NCBI GenBank assembly: GCA_963718615.1
Contig: OY970368.1
Span: 1,696,001-1,760,000 of the forward strand
DNA from: an uncultured cyanobacterium
GTDB taxonomy: Bacteria; Cyanobacteriota; Cyanobacteriia; PCC-9006; JAAUQQ01
Direction: 5' to 3'
DNA: 64,000 bases
The notes beneath the pieces were generated by a model. The model saw nothing but the letters and a program-made list of their open reading frames with translations. It was not told the DNA's origin and ran no database searches. Positions 1-9,649 of the stretch are shown piece after piece; the stretch's first letter is position 1; each line of letters opens with the position of its first letter. The position numbers and the translations under genes are program-made.

Positions 1-763
<763 letters not shown>

Positions 764-911
764 TTAAAAAATAGTTAGTCATCGTTGGTTATCTTCAGAA
801 TCCTATACCACTTCAGCGGCGACCTGAATCCCTTGCAAAATCTTGTATTGTAATCGTTTGGTCAATCGTTTGGATAGAGCGATCGCCAATCATACCCAAT
901 GCCTAAACTCC

Positions 912-2249
912 TCAACCCCACCATTGCAGAAATTCATCCCACTGGGTGTTGGCCGCAAACTGAGAATTTGTGGGGGTATAGCTTGGATCCATGAACTCAC
1001 CCATGCCGGGTAGATAGATGCCTAAGCCCGTTGCATTAGATGTATTGCCTGCGAAGTTGTCGAAAACGGTGAGATTATAAACTGACAAAACGGTTTGGAC
1101 CGATGCTTTCACAGCGCTGCTCACCATGGGACTGTTGAGAAGATTGGAGAGAAAATTACCAAGATCAACGGAGTTGTAGTACCAGGCATCCTCCCCGCCA
1201 AAACGGGTGGATTGCGATCGCGCGATGTTCAATCCCATCAAATCAAGCCGTCCAGAACTCCCCATCATCACCGTAGCAAAATTGCTCAGGGCATTGCCCA
1301 AATTATCCAGTTGTGTTAAGTCGATGGCTGAGAGCGTCAGGTTATTATTAGCGGTATAAAAGTCAGCATAGGCATCCACAATTACAGAACCGAGAGCCCT
1401 GGCATCCATTTGGGGGTTGGCAGACAGGTCACTTAAAATCCTGGTGTAATCCCAACCGTCCCCTGGCTCTAACTCTTCGGAACCGACAAACACTGAAGCG
1501 GAATTACGAATTTGGTAGGCAAACTCGGTCATGCCCATGAGACAAGCATCGGCACCCACGAGATCAAGGTCAGAACTGCTGGCCAGGGCATTACTCACTT
1601 CGTTGGCACTGAGGAAATCATACCCACTCGAATCATCACCGGCGATCGTATTCCAGCCACCCCCATGGTTCCAGAGAACCACCGCATAGTTTTCAGCTTG
1701 GTAGTTCGTTGTGCCCCATTGGATAAAGTCCGTGAGCGTCGCCTGATCGCCCATGTTGACCTCGCCCAGATCCGTGCCCCAACCGGCGGTGGGTAAATCC
1801 CCAGCTTGGACCAATCCCCGACGGGTCCTAGTCCAGTTGTCATAGGAACTGTCGTAACCGTCGATGCGATCCATTTGCACCACGATGTTGAGGTCGGCAT
1901 TGGATCCGACCGCCGCCATTTCGAGAAAGTCATCGATCGCAGCAGTCTCCAAGTTGTTATCCCCATCGAGATAGATCAGGATTGTCCAATCCGCTAGGGA
2001 ATCGGTAACAAGAGATGCTGTTGGGATGTCTTCCGTGATGTCTGAGAGAGAACTGGGGGCGATCGCATGAGTCATCAAGCTGCTGCCCTGGATGCCGAAG
2101 GGTTTGCTCCCTAAGCCATAAACACCGAGATCAACCCCAAGGGAGGATAGCTGATCCAAATTCGAGGCAGCGCTATCCAAGGAGGAAAAGCCCAAAATCG
2201 AACGAAGTTCTAGTGCCATGAGCGGACATCCCTGTGGTGTAGATGACAT
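912..2249 (-). CDS. Clostripain-family (C11) cysteine peptidase
   Basis: Motifs WTILIYLDGDNNLE, EVNMGD, LWNHGGGW (catalytic His) and DACLMG (catalytic Cys); Ser/Leu-rich N-terminal extension. Confidence 0.88.
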   Translation of the reverse strand: MSSTPQGCPLMALELRSILGFSSLDSAASNLDQLSSLGVDLGVYGLGSKPFGIQGSSLMTHAIAPSSLSDITEDIPTASLVTDSLADWTILIYLDGDNNLETAAIDDFLEMAAVGSNADLNIVVQMDRIDGYDSSYDNWTRTRRGLVQAGDLPTAGWGTDLGEVNMGDQATLTDFIQWGTTNYQAENYAVVLWNHGGGWNTIAGDDSSGYDFLSANEVSNALASSSDLDLVGADACLMGMTEFAYQIRNSASVFVGSEELEPGDGWDYTRILSDLSANPQMDARALGSVIVDAYADFYTANNNLTLSAIDLTQLDNLGNALSNFATVMMGSSGRLDLMGLNIARSQSTRFGGEDAWYYNSVDLGNFLSNLLNSPMVSSAVKASVQTVLSVYNLTVFDNFAGNTSNATGLGIYLPGMGEFMDPSYTPTNSQFAANTQWDEFLQWWG

Positions 2250-2562
2250 TGACTAGAGCGAGTCTCAATCGCCCCTAGTTGTCTATCCGTTAGAAAGCCG
2301 CTGATTATTCAATGATCCGCTGTTCGGACCCGGTATGCAGCCGCTTCACCACGCAGCGCCGCCCGGAGGGCAAATGGGTATCTTCTTCTGCCAGAAAGGT
2401 TTCGCCAAAGCCCCCTTGGCTGAGGGGCTGGAGCAAACGATAGCGGTGGTTGAGCAACGTCTCGGCCATGGCAATCTGACAAAATGGTAGCCTTCAGACT
2501 ATTTGCCACTGGCCGAGCCAGCTATGATAAGCCTGTCGATGTTTTAGTTTAGCGCAGTAACA

Positions 2563-2973
2563 ATGACAACCCACAGCGAATTCTGGTCTCAGTATGCCAA
2601 GCTGTTTTGTTCCGATGCCTTAAATCAGTGGGGAGAGCTGTGGCAGCCCGACGGCCAGTTTACCGTAGCTTATCCATTGGGTGGGATGCCTGCAACGATT
2701 ACAGGGCGAGAGGAAATCGTCAAGGGAATGAAGTTATTGGCCAAACTGGTTAAGAGTATTGAAGTTCTCGACTCTGTTGTTTTTAGTACAACTGATTCCA
2801 GTGTCTTCTTTGTGGAATACAATTTGGTGATTAAAACCCGTGCCCGAGACCCCTACGAAAGCCCGATTGTGAGCAAGGTGACGCTTCAGGACGGCAAAAT
2901 TGCTGAACTTAAGGAATATTATGATTCCCAAGCCTATCAGCGATTTATGACCACCATGGGGTTTAGAGCCTAA
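2563..2973 (+). CDS. NTF2/SnoaL-like (PhzA/B-type) protein
   Basis: 136 aa with the pattern ITGREEI...FFVEY...VTLQDGKIAELKEYYD. Confidence 0.8.
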   Translation: MTTHSEFWSQYAKLFCSDALNQWGELWQPDGQFTVAYPLGGMPATITGREEIVKGMKLLAKLVKSIEVLDSVVFSTTDSSVFFVEYNLVIKTRARDPYESPIVSKVTLQDGKIAELKEYYDSQAYQRFMTTMGFRA

Positions 2974-3378
2974 TTTAGCGCATCCAAGGATTGGAGGATA
3001 ATGGGTAATGGGTAGTAAAAGCATCTTATCTATGATGATCTATGACGACCTTTTACCTTTTACCTATTTCCTATGACCTATCTTTAAAAACTGAGCTGTC
3101 ATCTGCTAAGACCCATAGCACGACATCTCCTGGTTGATTAACGTCGGATGTGCACTGTGCTGGCTTTTAGCCCTTAAATTGCTTCTAGGGCTACTTTCGG
3201 CTTAAACTCAGGACTATACTGACGTCGTTTCTTACATCTCTTTTACTCCTATCATTTTCCGGAGATTCAGCCCTTAGCCTACTGTCCAGTTTTTGGAATC
3301 CATGATAGTAAGAGCATTTCGGCATCCTGAGGAGTGAATTATGATGAAAATATCTAAGCGGTGGTGTGAGATTCTCCC

Positions 3379-4104
3379 ATGCTGCTGTGGAAAGTTCCTG
3401 GCGAGCCGACTCCTGACATGTATGACGACGAATCATCTTTAATCCCGACGACGGCCAATCCTGAATTGCAGACGGCCCTACGTTGGTGGCAATCTCGCTG
3501 GTCTATGGTTGCGACCCAACAAGCAGAAGGGATTCGAGATGGCCTGTTACAAGAAGTATTCGCACTCAGACGGGAGCTAGAACTTAGCTCACTCGCGACC
3601 ACCCCTCCAGACTCAAACCGTCTCCAGGGCTGGATTCATACACTAGAAGACCTCCATCAACAACTCGATAATTTAGGCGATCAGCTCTCGCCACCCTATC
3701 AAACCGATGATCTGGCTCTTGCAATTCAGGATTTATTGGGGTATTGGCAAAAGAAGCATCCAGTGATCCACGTCAAGATGGGAGTCTTATCTCAAATTAA
3801 GATGAATAATTCTGAGTTCAACCGTGTTGTCTTATTCGCCATAGAGCAGCTATTGCTTTTAATCGTGCGCATTGAAGATGTGATCATGATACGGATTGAG
3901 TTGGTTGCAAAAAGCACGGATCTTGTGCTAAGTGTAATTGTGAACCGAAGCAGGTCAAAATCCCCACTCCCTGAGTCAGTCTTGGCTGAGCTGGGATGCT
4001 TGCAAGAGGTGTTGCCAATCTTGACCTGTGGACGGTTGATCTCCCGGCCAGGAGCCCAAGGCGTCAGCTATGAATTTTGTTGGGCCAACCTAGAGCCATA
4101 CTGA
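3379..4104 (+). CDS. Degenerate histidine-kinase-like protein (HisKA_3-like helix, no phospho-His)
   Basis: AEGIRDGLLQEVFALRR occupies the H-box position, followed by a remnant ATPase-like C-terminus; first gene of the regulator-CHASE2 operon. Confidence 0.65.
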   Translation: MLLWKVPGEPTPDMYDDESSLIPTTANPELQTALRWWQSRWSMVATQQAEGIRDGLLQEVFALRRELELSSLATTPPDSNRLQGWIHTLEDLHQQLDNLGDQLSPPYQTDDLALAIQDLLGYWQKKHPVIHVKMGVLSQIKMNNSEFNRVVLFAIEQLLLLIVRIEDVIMIRIELVAKSTDLVLSVIVNRSRSKSPLPESVLAELGCLQEVLPILTCGRLISRPGAQGVSYEFCWANLEPY

Positions 4105-4145
4105 GGCCTACTGCAAAATCTCCTCCATCTATATCATAAAAAAAT

Positions 4146-4847
4146 ATGAATTCTCCTCGAAAAAGAACGTTTATTGTCGTTGATGATCATGAATCAGTAC
4201 TAAAGGGAACGATCGCTATTTTACAAACATACTACCCTGATGCTGAACTTCTAGAGGCACAACATGGTCAGCATGCACAAGAACTTGTACAAAGTCTACG
4301 ACCTGACTTAGTGTTAAGTGACCTTTCCATTCCTCTCAATTTTGGAACTGAGGCTCAACTGGAAAATGGCTTGAATTTCTTACGTTGGTTGATGGAAAAC
4401 TATCCAACGATTAACATTCTAGTGCAAAGCGCCCATGTCAGAACATTAGTTAGACTTAAATCGGCGATCGCTTCTCACCAAGGTGGTTTTGCCGTTGCAG
4501 ACAAAAGCTTACCCCTCAAAGATATGATGAGGCGTGTTGATTTGGTGCTGGATGGAGGGAGTTTTACACCTCCAGAAATCCGTTCTGGTATTGAAATTAA
4601 GTCCGAATGGCTAAAGGTTTTAACATTGGCTTTTCAAGAGGGTCTACAGGATAAGGCGATCGCGATCAGAATGAATGTAGCGGAACGAACCGTACGCCAC
4701 TACTGGACTAAAATTCAAGATGTTTTAGAAGTCTATCCTGCTGAGAAAGATGCAACGAAAGAAAAAGATCAAATACAAGAAAAAGATCTAAAAAATATTC
4801 GAATTCAAACTGAACTCAGAGCCCGCGAAGAAGGCTTGATTGATTAA
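4146..4847 (+). CDS. NarL/LuxR-type response regulator
   Basis: Receiver domain IVVDDHE...LVLSDLSIP; helix-turn-helix GLQDKAIAIRMNVAERTVRHYWTKI. Confidence 0.9.
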   Translation: MNSPRKRTFIVVDDHESVLKGTIAILQTYYPDAELLEAQHGQHAQELVQSLRPDLVLSDLSIPLNFGTEAQLENGLNFLRWLMENYPTINILVQSAHVRTLVRLKSAIASHQGGFAVADKSLPLKDMMRRVDLVLDGGSFTPPEIRSGIEIKSEWLKVLTLAFQEGLQDKAIAIRMNVAERTVRHYWTKIQDVLEVYPAEKDATKEKDQIQEKDLKNIRIQTELRAREEGLID

Positions 4848-4867
4848 GAAGAATTCATTGACGAAGA

Positions 4868-6829
4868 TTGATATCTTGTGGTCAAGATAGGTTGAGGAGA
4901 ATAAGTCTGATGCGCTACCCGCAAGAGTCAAATCTATCAGCATTTCAGGGCAGGACTTTAGGGCTGATTCCAGGGGTCATGGCTATTTTAGCCGTTGCTG
5001 GGTTTCGATTGTTTGGAGGGCTACAACCATTAGAATGGAAGGCGTTGGATGTCTTGATGCGGTTACGGCCAACTGAAATCCGTGATGAGCGCATTACCAT
5101 TGTGGCGATCGACGAGACGGATATTGTTGAGCAGCTTAAGACATATCCCATTTCGGATGACCAATTGACAGCTCTTTTGAAGGCGATCGCATCCTACCGA
5201 CCTCGGGTGATTGGACTCGATATCTTTCGTGATTTACCCGTTGAACCAGGCCATGCTCAACTCACTCAGGTCTTTAAGCAAACCCCAAATATCATTGGCA
5301 TTGAACGCATTCTTTCACCCCCTGTAACAGGTCCTCCCTCCCTTCCCCAAGAGCAGATTGGATTTGCTGATGCCTTACTCGATGAGGATGGGTTTCTGCG
5401 CCGTAGCCTCCTTGGGGTATCTCATCTTAAGCAAGAGTACCGACTTTCGTTCACCATTCAAGTCGCCCAACATTATCTCAAATCTAAGGAGATTAGCCTG
5501 GAGAATGGCCTGCGAGATTCAGAGGCAATGCGGTTCGGAAATGTAGAACTGCATCGCTTCCGGCCAAATACGGGTGGATATGTCAATGCAGATTCGGAAG
5601 GGAATCAAATCTTAGTCAATGTCCGCAGTGGCAAGCAACCCTTTCGACGGGTCTCTCTAGGTCAGGTGATGGCGGGCAAGGTACAGCCAGAATGGCTCAA
5701 GGATCGTATTGTTCTTGTTGGGGTTGTGGCTCCTAGTGCTAAAGATTTTGTCAATTCTGGAGCCATTCAAAGCAGTAATTCAGGACTCATACCGGGGATC
5801 GAATTTCAAGCCCATGCAATTAGCCAATTAACGAGCGCAGTCCTGGACAAGCGACCGCTATTGCATTCCTTTCCAGATGTTTGGGAGTATCTGGCGATTG
5901 TGCTAGGAGGGGTGTTGGGGCTCGGATTTGTAAAGTGGAGGCGATCGCCCCTTCAGCAGCTTATTAATATAACTTTAGGCCTTTTAGGCTGCATAGGAAT
6001 TAGCTATATTTTCTTATGTTTTGGACTCTGGCTTCCGATTATTCCAGTGGGATTAGTTTTTTTATTGAATGGAACCATAGCCTATAGTTTTTATCTGTAT
6101 GAGCAGGGGATTCGTGCGCAGATTCGAGAGCGTCAAACCCTGATTGAACAGGTCTTTGGAGCAATTCACAATGGTCCTCTACAGTCGTTAGGCTCGATTC
6201 AGCGGCAGTTAGATGAGACAGACTGGTTACCTCAGGATTTTAAACGGGAAATAGCATCGGTAGATGATACTTTGCGAAAAATTTATGAAGATCTTCGTCA
6301 AAAAACTGTATCTCAGGGGACAAGTGTTTATTTAACTCGTAATTCTGGAGGTGATATCAATCTACTGCTCCACGAGCTGCTAGAAGAAATTTATTTTAAG
6401 ACGATGGAACGTAACTTTCCCTGTTTTAAATCCATTAAGATAAAAATCAAGGATTTAGGACCCTTGGCTGAGGAGAATCTGAGTCTTACCCACAAACAGG
6501 CGATCGCACATTGGTTTGAAGAAGCATTATGCAATGTTGGCAAATACGCAACTAATACCACCAGACTGACTGTAACGAGCCAGCAATGCGATGGGTACAA
6601 CATCATCCAAGTCATCGATAATGGAATGGGACTGCACGCAATTCAGGAGCCAAGGAGATTAAAATCGCTAGGGGGCTATGGAACAAAGCAAGCAGAGCAG
6701 CTAGCGTTCCAGCTTGGGGGTAAGTTTCAACGATGTTCAGCGAAGCCCAAGGGAACCCACTGTGAGCTTCGTTGGCCGATTCGGCCATCATTCTGGGTGA
6801 GACTTGGCCGTTTTCTGTCAGGGGCATAA
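4868..6829 (+). CDS. CHASE2-domain membrane sensor histidine kinase (start may be 4910)
   Basis: CHASE2 motifs ITIVAIDETDI, PRVIGLDIFRD, DGFLRR and PGIEFQAH; three TM segments; H-box IHNGPLQ, N-box EEALCNVGKYA, G-box IDNGMG. Confidence 0.9.
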   Translation: MISCGQDRLRRISLMRYPQESNLSAFQGRTLGLIPGVMAILAVAGFRLFGGLQPLEWKALDVLMRLRPTEIRDERITIVAIDETDIVEQLKTYPISDDQLTALLKAIASYRPRVIGLDIFRDLPVEPGHAQLTQVFKQTPNIIGIERILSPPVTGPPSLPQEQIGFADALLDEDGFLRRSLLGVSHLKQEYRLSFTIQVAQHYLKSKEISLENGLRDSEAMRFGNVELHRFRPNTGGYVNADSEGNQILVNVRSGKQPFRRVSLGQVMAGKVQPEWLKDRIVLVGVVAPSAKDFVNSGAIQSSNSGLIPGIEFQAHAISQLTSAVLDKRPLLHSFPDVWEYLAIVLGGVLGLGFVKWRRSPLQQLINITLGLLGCIGISYIFLCFGLWLPIIPVGLVFLLNGTIAYSFYLYEQGIRAQIRERQTLIEQVFGAIHNGPLQSLGSIQRQLDETDWLPQDFKREIASVDDTLRKIYEDLRQKTVSQGTSVYLTRNSGGDINLLLHELLEEIYFKTMERNFPCFKSIKIKIKDLGPLAEENLSLTHKQAIAHWFEEALCNVGKYATNTTRLTVTSQQCDGYNIIQVIDNGMGLHAIQEPRRLKSLGGYGTKQAEQLAFQLGGKFQRCSAKPKGTHCELRWPIRPSFWVRLGRFLSGA

Positions 6830-7003
6830 CCAAATTTGGGCTCAGAGACGGCTAGTTTGAGCCTGAGGCTTGGTCAGGGAGGGAGGTGTAATATCCGGAG
6901 CGAGCTTCTAGGGTAGAGGAGTAGAAATTATGATGACAAGCATATTCAACTCAGGTTCTGTGTATTCGTATCTCGCAAGATGAGTTTTTAGAGGACTGTT
7001 CCA

Positions 7004-7708
7004 ATGATGCGGTGGACAAGGACGTCGGCTTCCCTTTTGTTAATCTCAGGTCTGTGGGCAGTTCTAGCGGCTCCCGGATGGGCTGGGTATAAGCCTCCTC
7101 GACAGGCCTCTCGCCCAAAGTCGCCCAGTACCACGACGGGAACGCGGGGCTGTTCCAGTCAATCGACAGCAATGTTGATGGCGATCGCCCCTCAACAACA
7201 TGTTGGACAAACCACTTCGGTCTATCCGACATTTGTCTGGTTTATGCCGGATGAAAAGCCGTATTTGATGGAATTCGAGCTGTATGAATTGACGACGACG
7301 GGCCGTAAGAACCTGATGCGTCAGTCTATGCAAAGTCAGTTTGGTTTGATGCAGCTAACGTTACCCAAGGATCAGGCGGCGCTTGTGCCTGGAAAGCAGT
7401 ATCTATGGCAGGCGATCGCCTATTGCAACAAGAATCGACCTTCTAGTGCCCTTGTGGCAAAGGCGGAGCTAACGGTTCAAAAGCCTGAAGCTGGATTAAC
7501 GAACATCCTGGCGGTAACGACGGATCCCCTAACTCGTGCTGAGCAATACGCCGAAGCAGGGTTTTGGTATGACGCGATGCGAGAGGCAATGCAAGATCAA
7601 GGATCTAAAGGTAAAGCAATGCAGAATGCATTGTTGCAGGATTTGATCCAATTTCAAGAATCAAAATCACAGCCTAATCTGAAACAAGTTCTCTTGCTTC
7701 TTAAGTAG
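7004..7708 (+). CDS. DUF928 exported protein
   Basis: Signal peptide; motifs TTGTRGC, GQTTSVYPTFVWFMP, GKQYLWQ and YAEAGFWYDA. Confidence 0.85.
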   Translation: MMRWTRTSASLLLISGLWAVLAAPGWAGYKPPRQASRPKSPSTTTGTRGCSSQSTAMLMAIAPQQHVGQTTSVYPTFVWFMPDEKPYLMEFELYELTTTGRKNLMRQSMQSQFGLMQLTLPKDQAALVPGKQYLWQAIAYCNKNRPSSALVAKAELTVQKPEAGLTNILAVTTDPLTRAEQYAEAGFWYDAMREAMQDQGSKGKAMQNALLQDLIQFQESKSQPNLKQVLLLLK

Positions 7709-7745
7709 TTTGCGTTAGCTCTGAACTGAATGGTTGCCGAACCTA

Positions 7746-7790
7746 AAAATAAGCACCAAGTGTAGATAAGTCTACTCTAGTGCTTATTTT
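7746..7790 (+). terminator. Stem-loop after the DUF928 operon
   Basis: AAAATAAGCAC...GTGCTTATTTT outer stem with an inner GTAGA/TCTAC stem. Confidence 0.5.
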
Positions 7791-7909
7791 CTATGGCATT
7801 TATTTCCCAGACGACTTTGTCTCTATGCTTGATTTTTCGAGCTAACCAGTTGGCTTTGCTGTTTTCTGCAATTCATATCGCTGAAAATAATATTTTTGCT
7901 TCTACTTTT

Positions 7910-7958
7910 CGGACAAGAATACTATCTCCACCTCGTTTATCTTAAGGATATCGAAAGA
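7910..7958 (+). promoter_or_regulatory. Putative activator-dependent promoter, shared with 13546-13594
   Basis: CGGACA-N22-TATCTT-N4-ATATCGAAAGA; ungapped match to the region upstream of the DUF3747 gene. Confidence 0.5.
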
Positions 7959-8029
7959 GCACGATAGAGAGAATTCAACTGAAACAAAATACAAAGTTTT
8001 AGCCTAATTCTATCGATCTCTTAGATTCA

Positions 8030-9037
8030 ATGAAAACCACAATTCTTACTAAAGTCATGAACATCAAAAAAACTTCCTCTGGTATTGCTTCTGCGCTTGT
8101 AATTTTCAGTAGTGGTATCGGCCTCAGCGTTGTCGCGGCGATCGTTCCTTCTCTAAACTCTCCTGTCCAAGCTCAGACAGCAGGGCAGCCTGTCAGTACT
8201 CTACGCGGCTGTTTTCTCAATGTATCTTTCACGGGGAAGATCGCCTTTAACCCTACAAATATTCGCCAACAACCGAGTACCGGTTCATCGATTGTTGGGA
8301 AATTTACACAAGTGGGACAAGCCGTTAGCTTTTCTGGTATCACAACGGGAAATCCTGTCGCAGATGCTTGGGATGGTCAGCAAGACAACATGTGGTATCG
8401 ACTGGCAGATGGGCGCGGCTGGGTTGCTAGTGCAGTGGTGAGTGGCTATCCGCCTCGCGCCAATTGTATTATTGGTTTGCCCAAGACTACTGATCAAGCA
8501 AATAAATTTTTCAAGATGCAGTTTCGCGATGCAAACTATAATCCGACGGGACCGCTTTCCAGCGCAAATTGTGGCCCTGCAAGTCTAGCTATGGCTTTAG
8601 CCGCTCTAGGTCGTGAACCTTCTGGCCTCAATATTCAACAGAGCATTGATCGCGCAAGTGATTTGATGGGGAGAAATAGAAATGCAAGTTTCTCCAGTTG
8701 GGCACAACTCCAAACTGGTGTTAGAAAAGCAGGAGGAACTCCAGTTGACATTGGAAGTTGGTCCGCCTTAGATCAGTCTCTTTCTCAAGGTAAGCCTGTG
8801 ATTTTAAATGGTTTCTATGCTCAGAACTGGCGGAATCAATTTCCAGCACGCACGGGAAGTGGTACTGTTGCACATCTCAATGCAGTGCTCGGAAAAACAT
8901 CAGATGGTCGGTATATCATAGCTGACCCCATGCACACCGGTGGAACGGTCGCAATGAACCAAGCGCAACTTTCGGTTTTCTTTAGATTAAGTGGTCAAAA
9001 TGGTAATCCTTGGGGAATTGCAGTAACGGGCTTATAA
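8030..9037 (+). CDS. Secreted SH3b + C39-like cysteine peptidase
   Basis: Signal peptide ending VQA; SH3-like NIRQQPST...WYRLADGRGWVASA; NCGPASLAM (Cys), AHLNAVLG (His), IADP (Asp). Confidence 0.8.
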   Translation: MKTTILTKVMNIKKTSSGIASALVIFSSGIGLSVVAAIVPSLNSPVQAQTAGQPVSTLRGCFLNVSFTGKIAFNPTNIRQQPSTGSSIVGKFTQVGQAVSFSGITTGNPVADAWDGQQDNMWYRLADGRGWVASAVVSGYPPRANCIIGLPKTTDQANKFFKMQFRDANYNPTGPLSSANCGPASLAMALAALGREPSGLNIQQSIDRASDLMGRNRNASFSSWAQLQTGVRKAGGTPVDIGSWSALDQSLSQGKPVILNGFYAQNWRNQFPARTGSGTVAHLNAVLGKTSDGRYIIADPMHTGGTVAMNQAQLSVFFRLSGQNGNPWGIAVTGL

Positions 9038-9133
9038 GCTTTAATCTTCACAGCTATCCGTTAAAGATTACAATCGTACTGAGATAATCTCTTACGATTG
9101 TATCTTTCCCATTCTTTATCCACTAATAAAAAA

Positions 9134-9523
9134 ATGAGAATCAATCAATCCTTCGAAAAAGAGTTAGCTGTTGCAACAATTTCTATTCTCATTCATGGTG
9201 CTTTTATTCCAGTTGCATTGAGTGCCTCAGTAACTACGATTGCAGGAGCAGTGTCTGCTGAGTCGCAAAATGTCCCAGCCTGTTATGTGAAGTTAGCAAA
9301 TGGTGAAATTCGAGATTTGACTAAATTCTGTGGCTTTATCAAGCCTCAAAGCTGCTCAGGTTCACTCGGTTCAGCAAGTCGCGATCTCGTTCTCCCAGAC
9401 TTTTGCAAACAACATAACCGCTGTGTTTTGACCAAAACCTGCAAAGAGACTCCACGGGGAATCTATACCCCACCTCCAGGTACCCCCATGGGTGTCATTC
9501 TTTCCAAATATATCTCTGCTTAA
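9134..9523 (+). CDS. Small exported Cys-rich protein
   Basis: Hydrophobic N-terminus; CYVKLANGEIRDLTKFCG motif plus four further Cys. Confidence 0.65.
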   Translation: MRINQSFEKELAVATISILIHGAFIPVALSASVTTIAGAVSAESQNVPACYVKLANGEIRDLTKFCGFIKPQSCSGSLGSASRDLVLPDFCKQHNRCVLTKTCKETPRGIYTPPPGTPMGVILSKYISA

Positions 9524-9563
9524 TCTGGACTCTTCTTCTTCCTTAGCATCCCCTGACCTCACT

Positions 9564-9649
9564 ATGATCTCCTACATTGCTCCACAGATCACCGCTCCAC
9601 AGCCCATTACTGCAGCCCCCATCTTATCCTCTGCTCAACAACAGCTTAA
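9564..9649 (+). pseudogene. 5' fragment (28 codons) of the PilB/GspE ATPase gene separated by the IS
   Basis: MISYIAPQ...SAQQQL joins in frame to KRQKISVKQ once the IS and one CTTAA copy are removed. Confidence 0.8.

Noticed and set aside
3258-3263. TCCGGA (DIF1-like) hexamers here and near 6895
   Set aside because: A 6-mer is expected by chance, and there is no evidence of heterocyst genes in the window.
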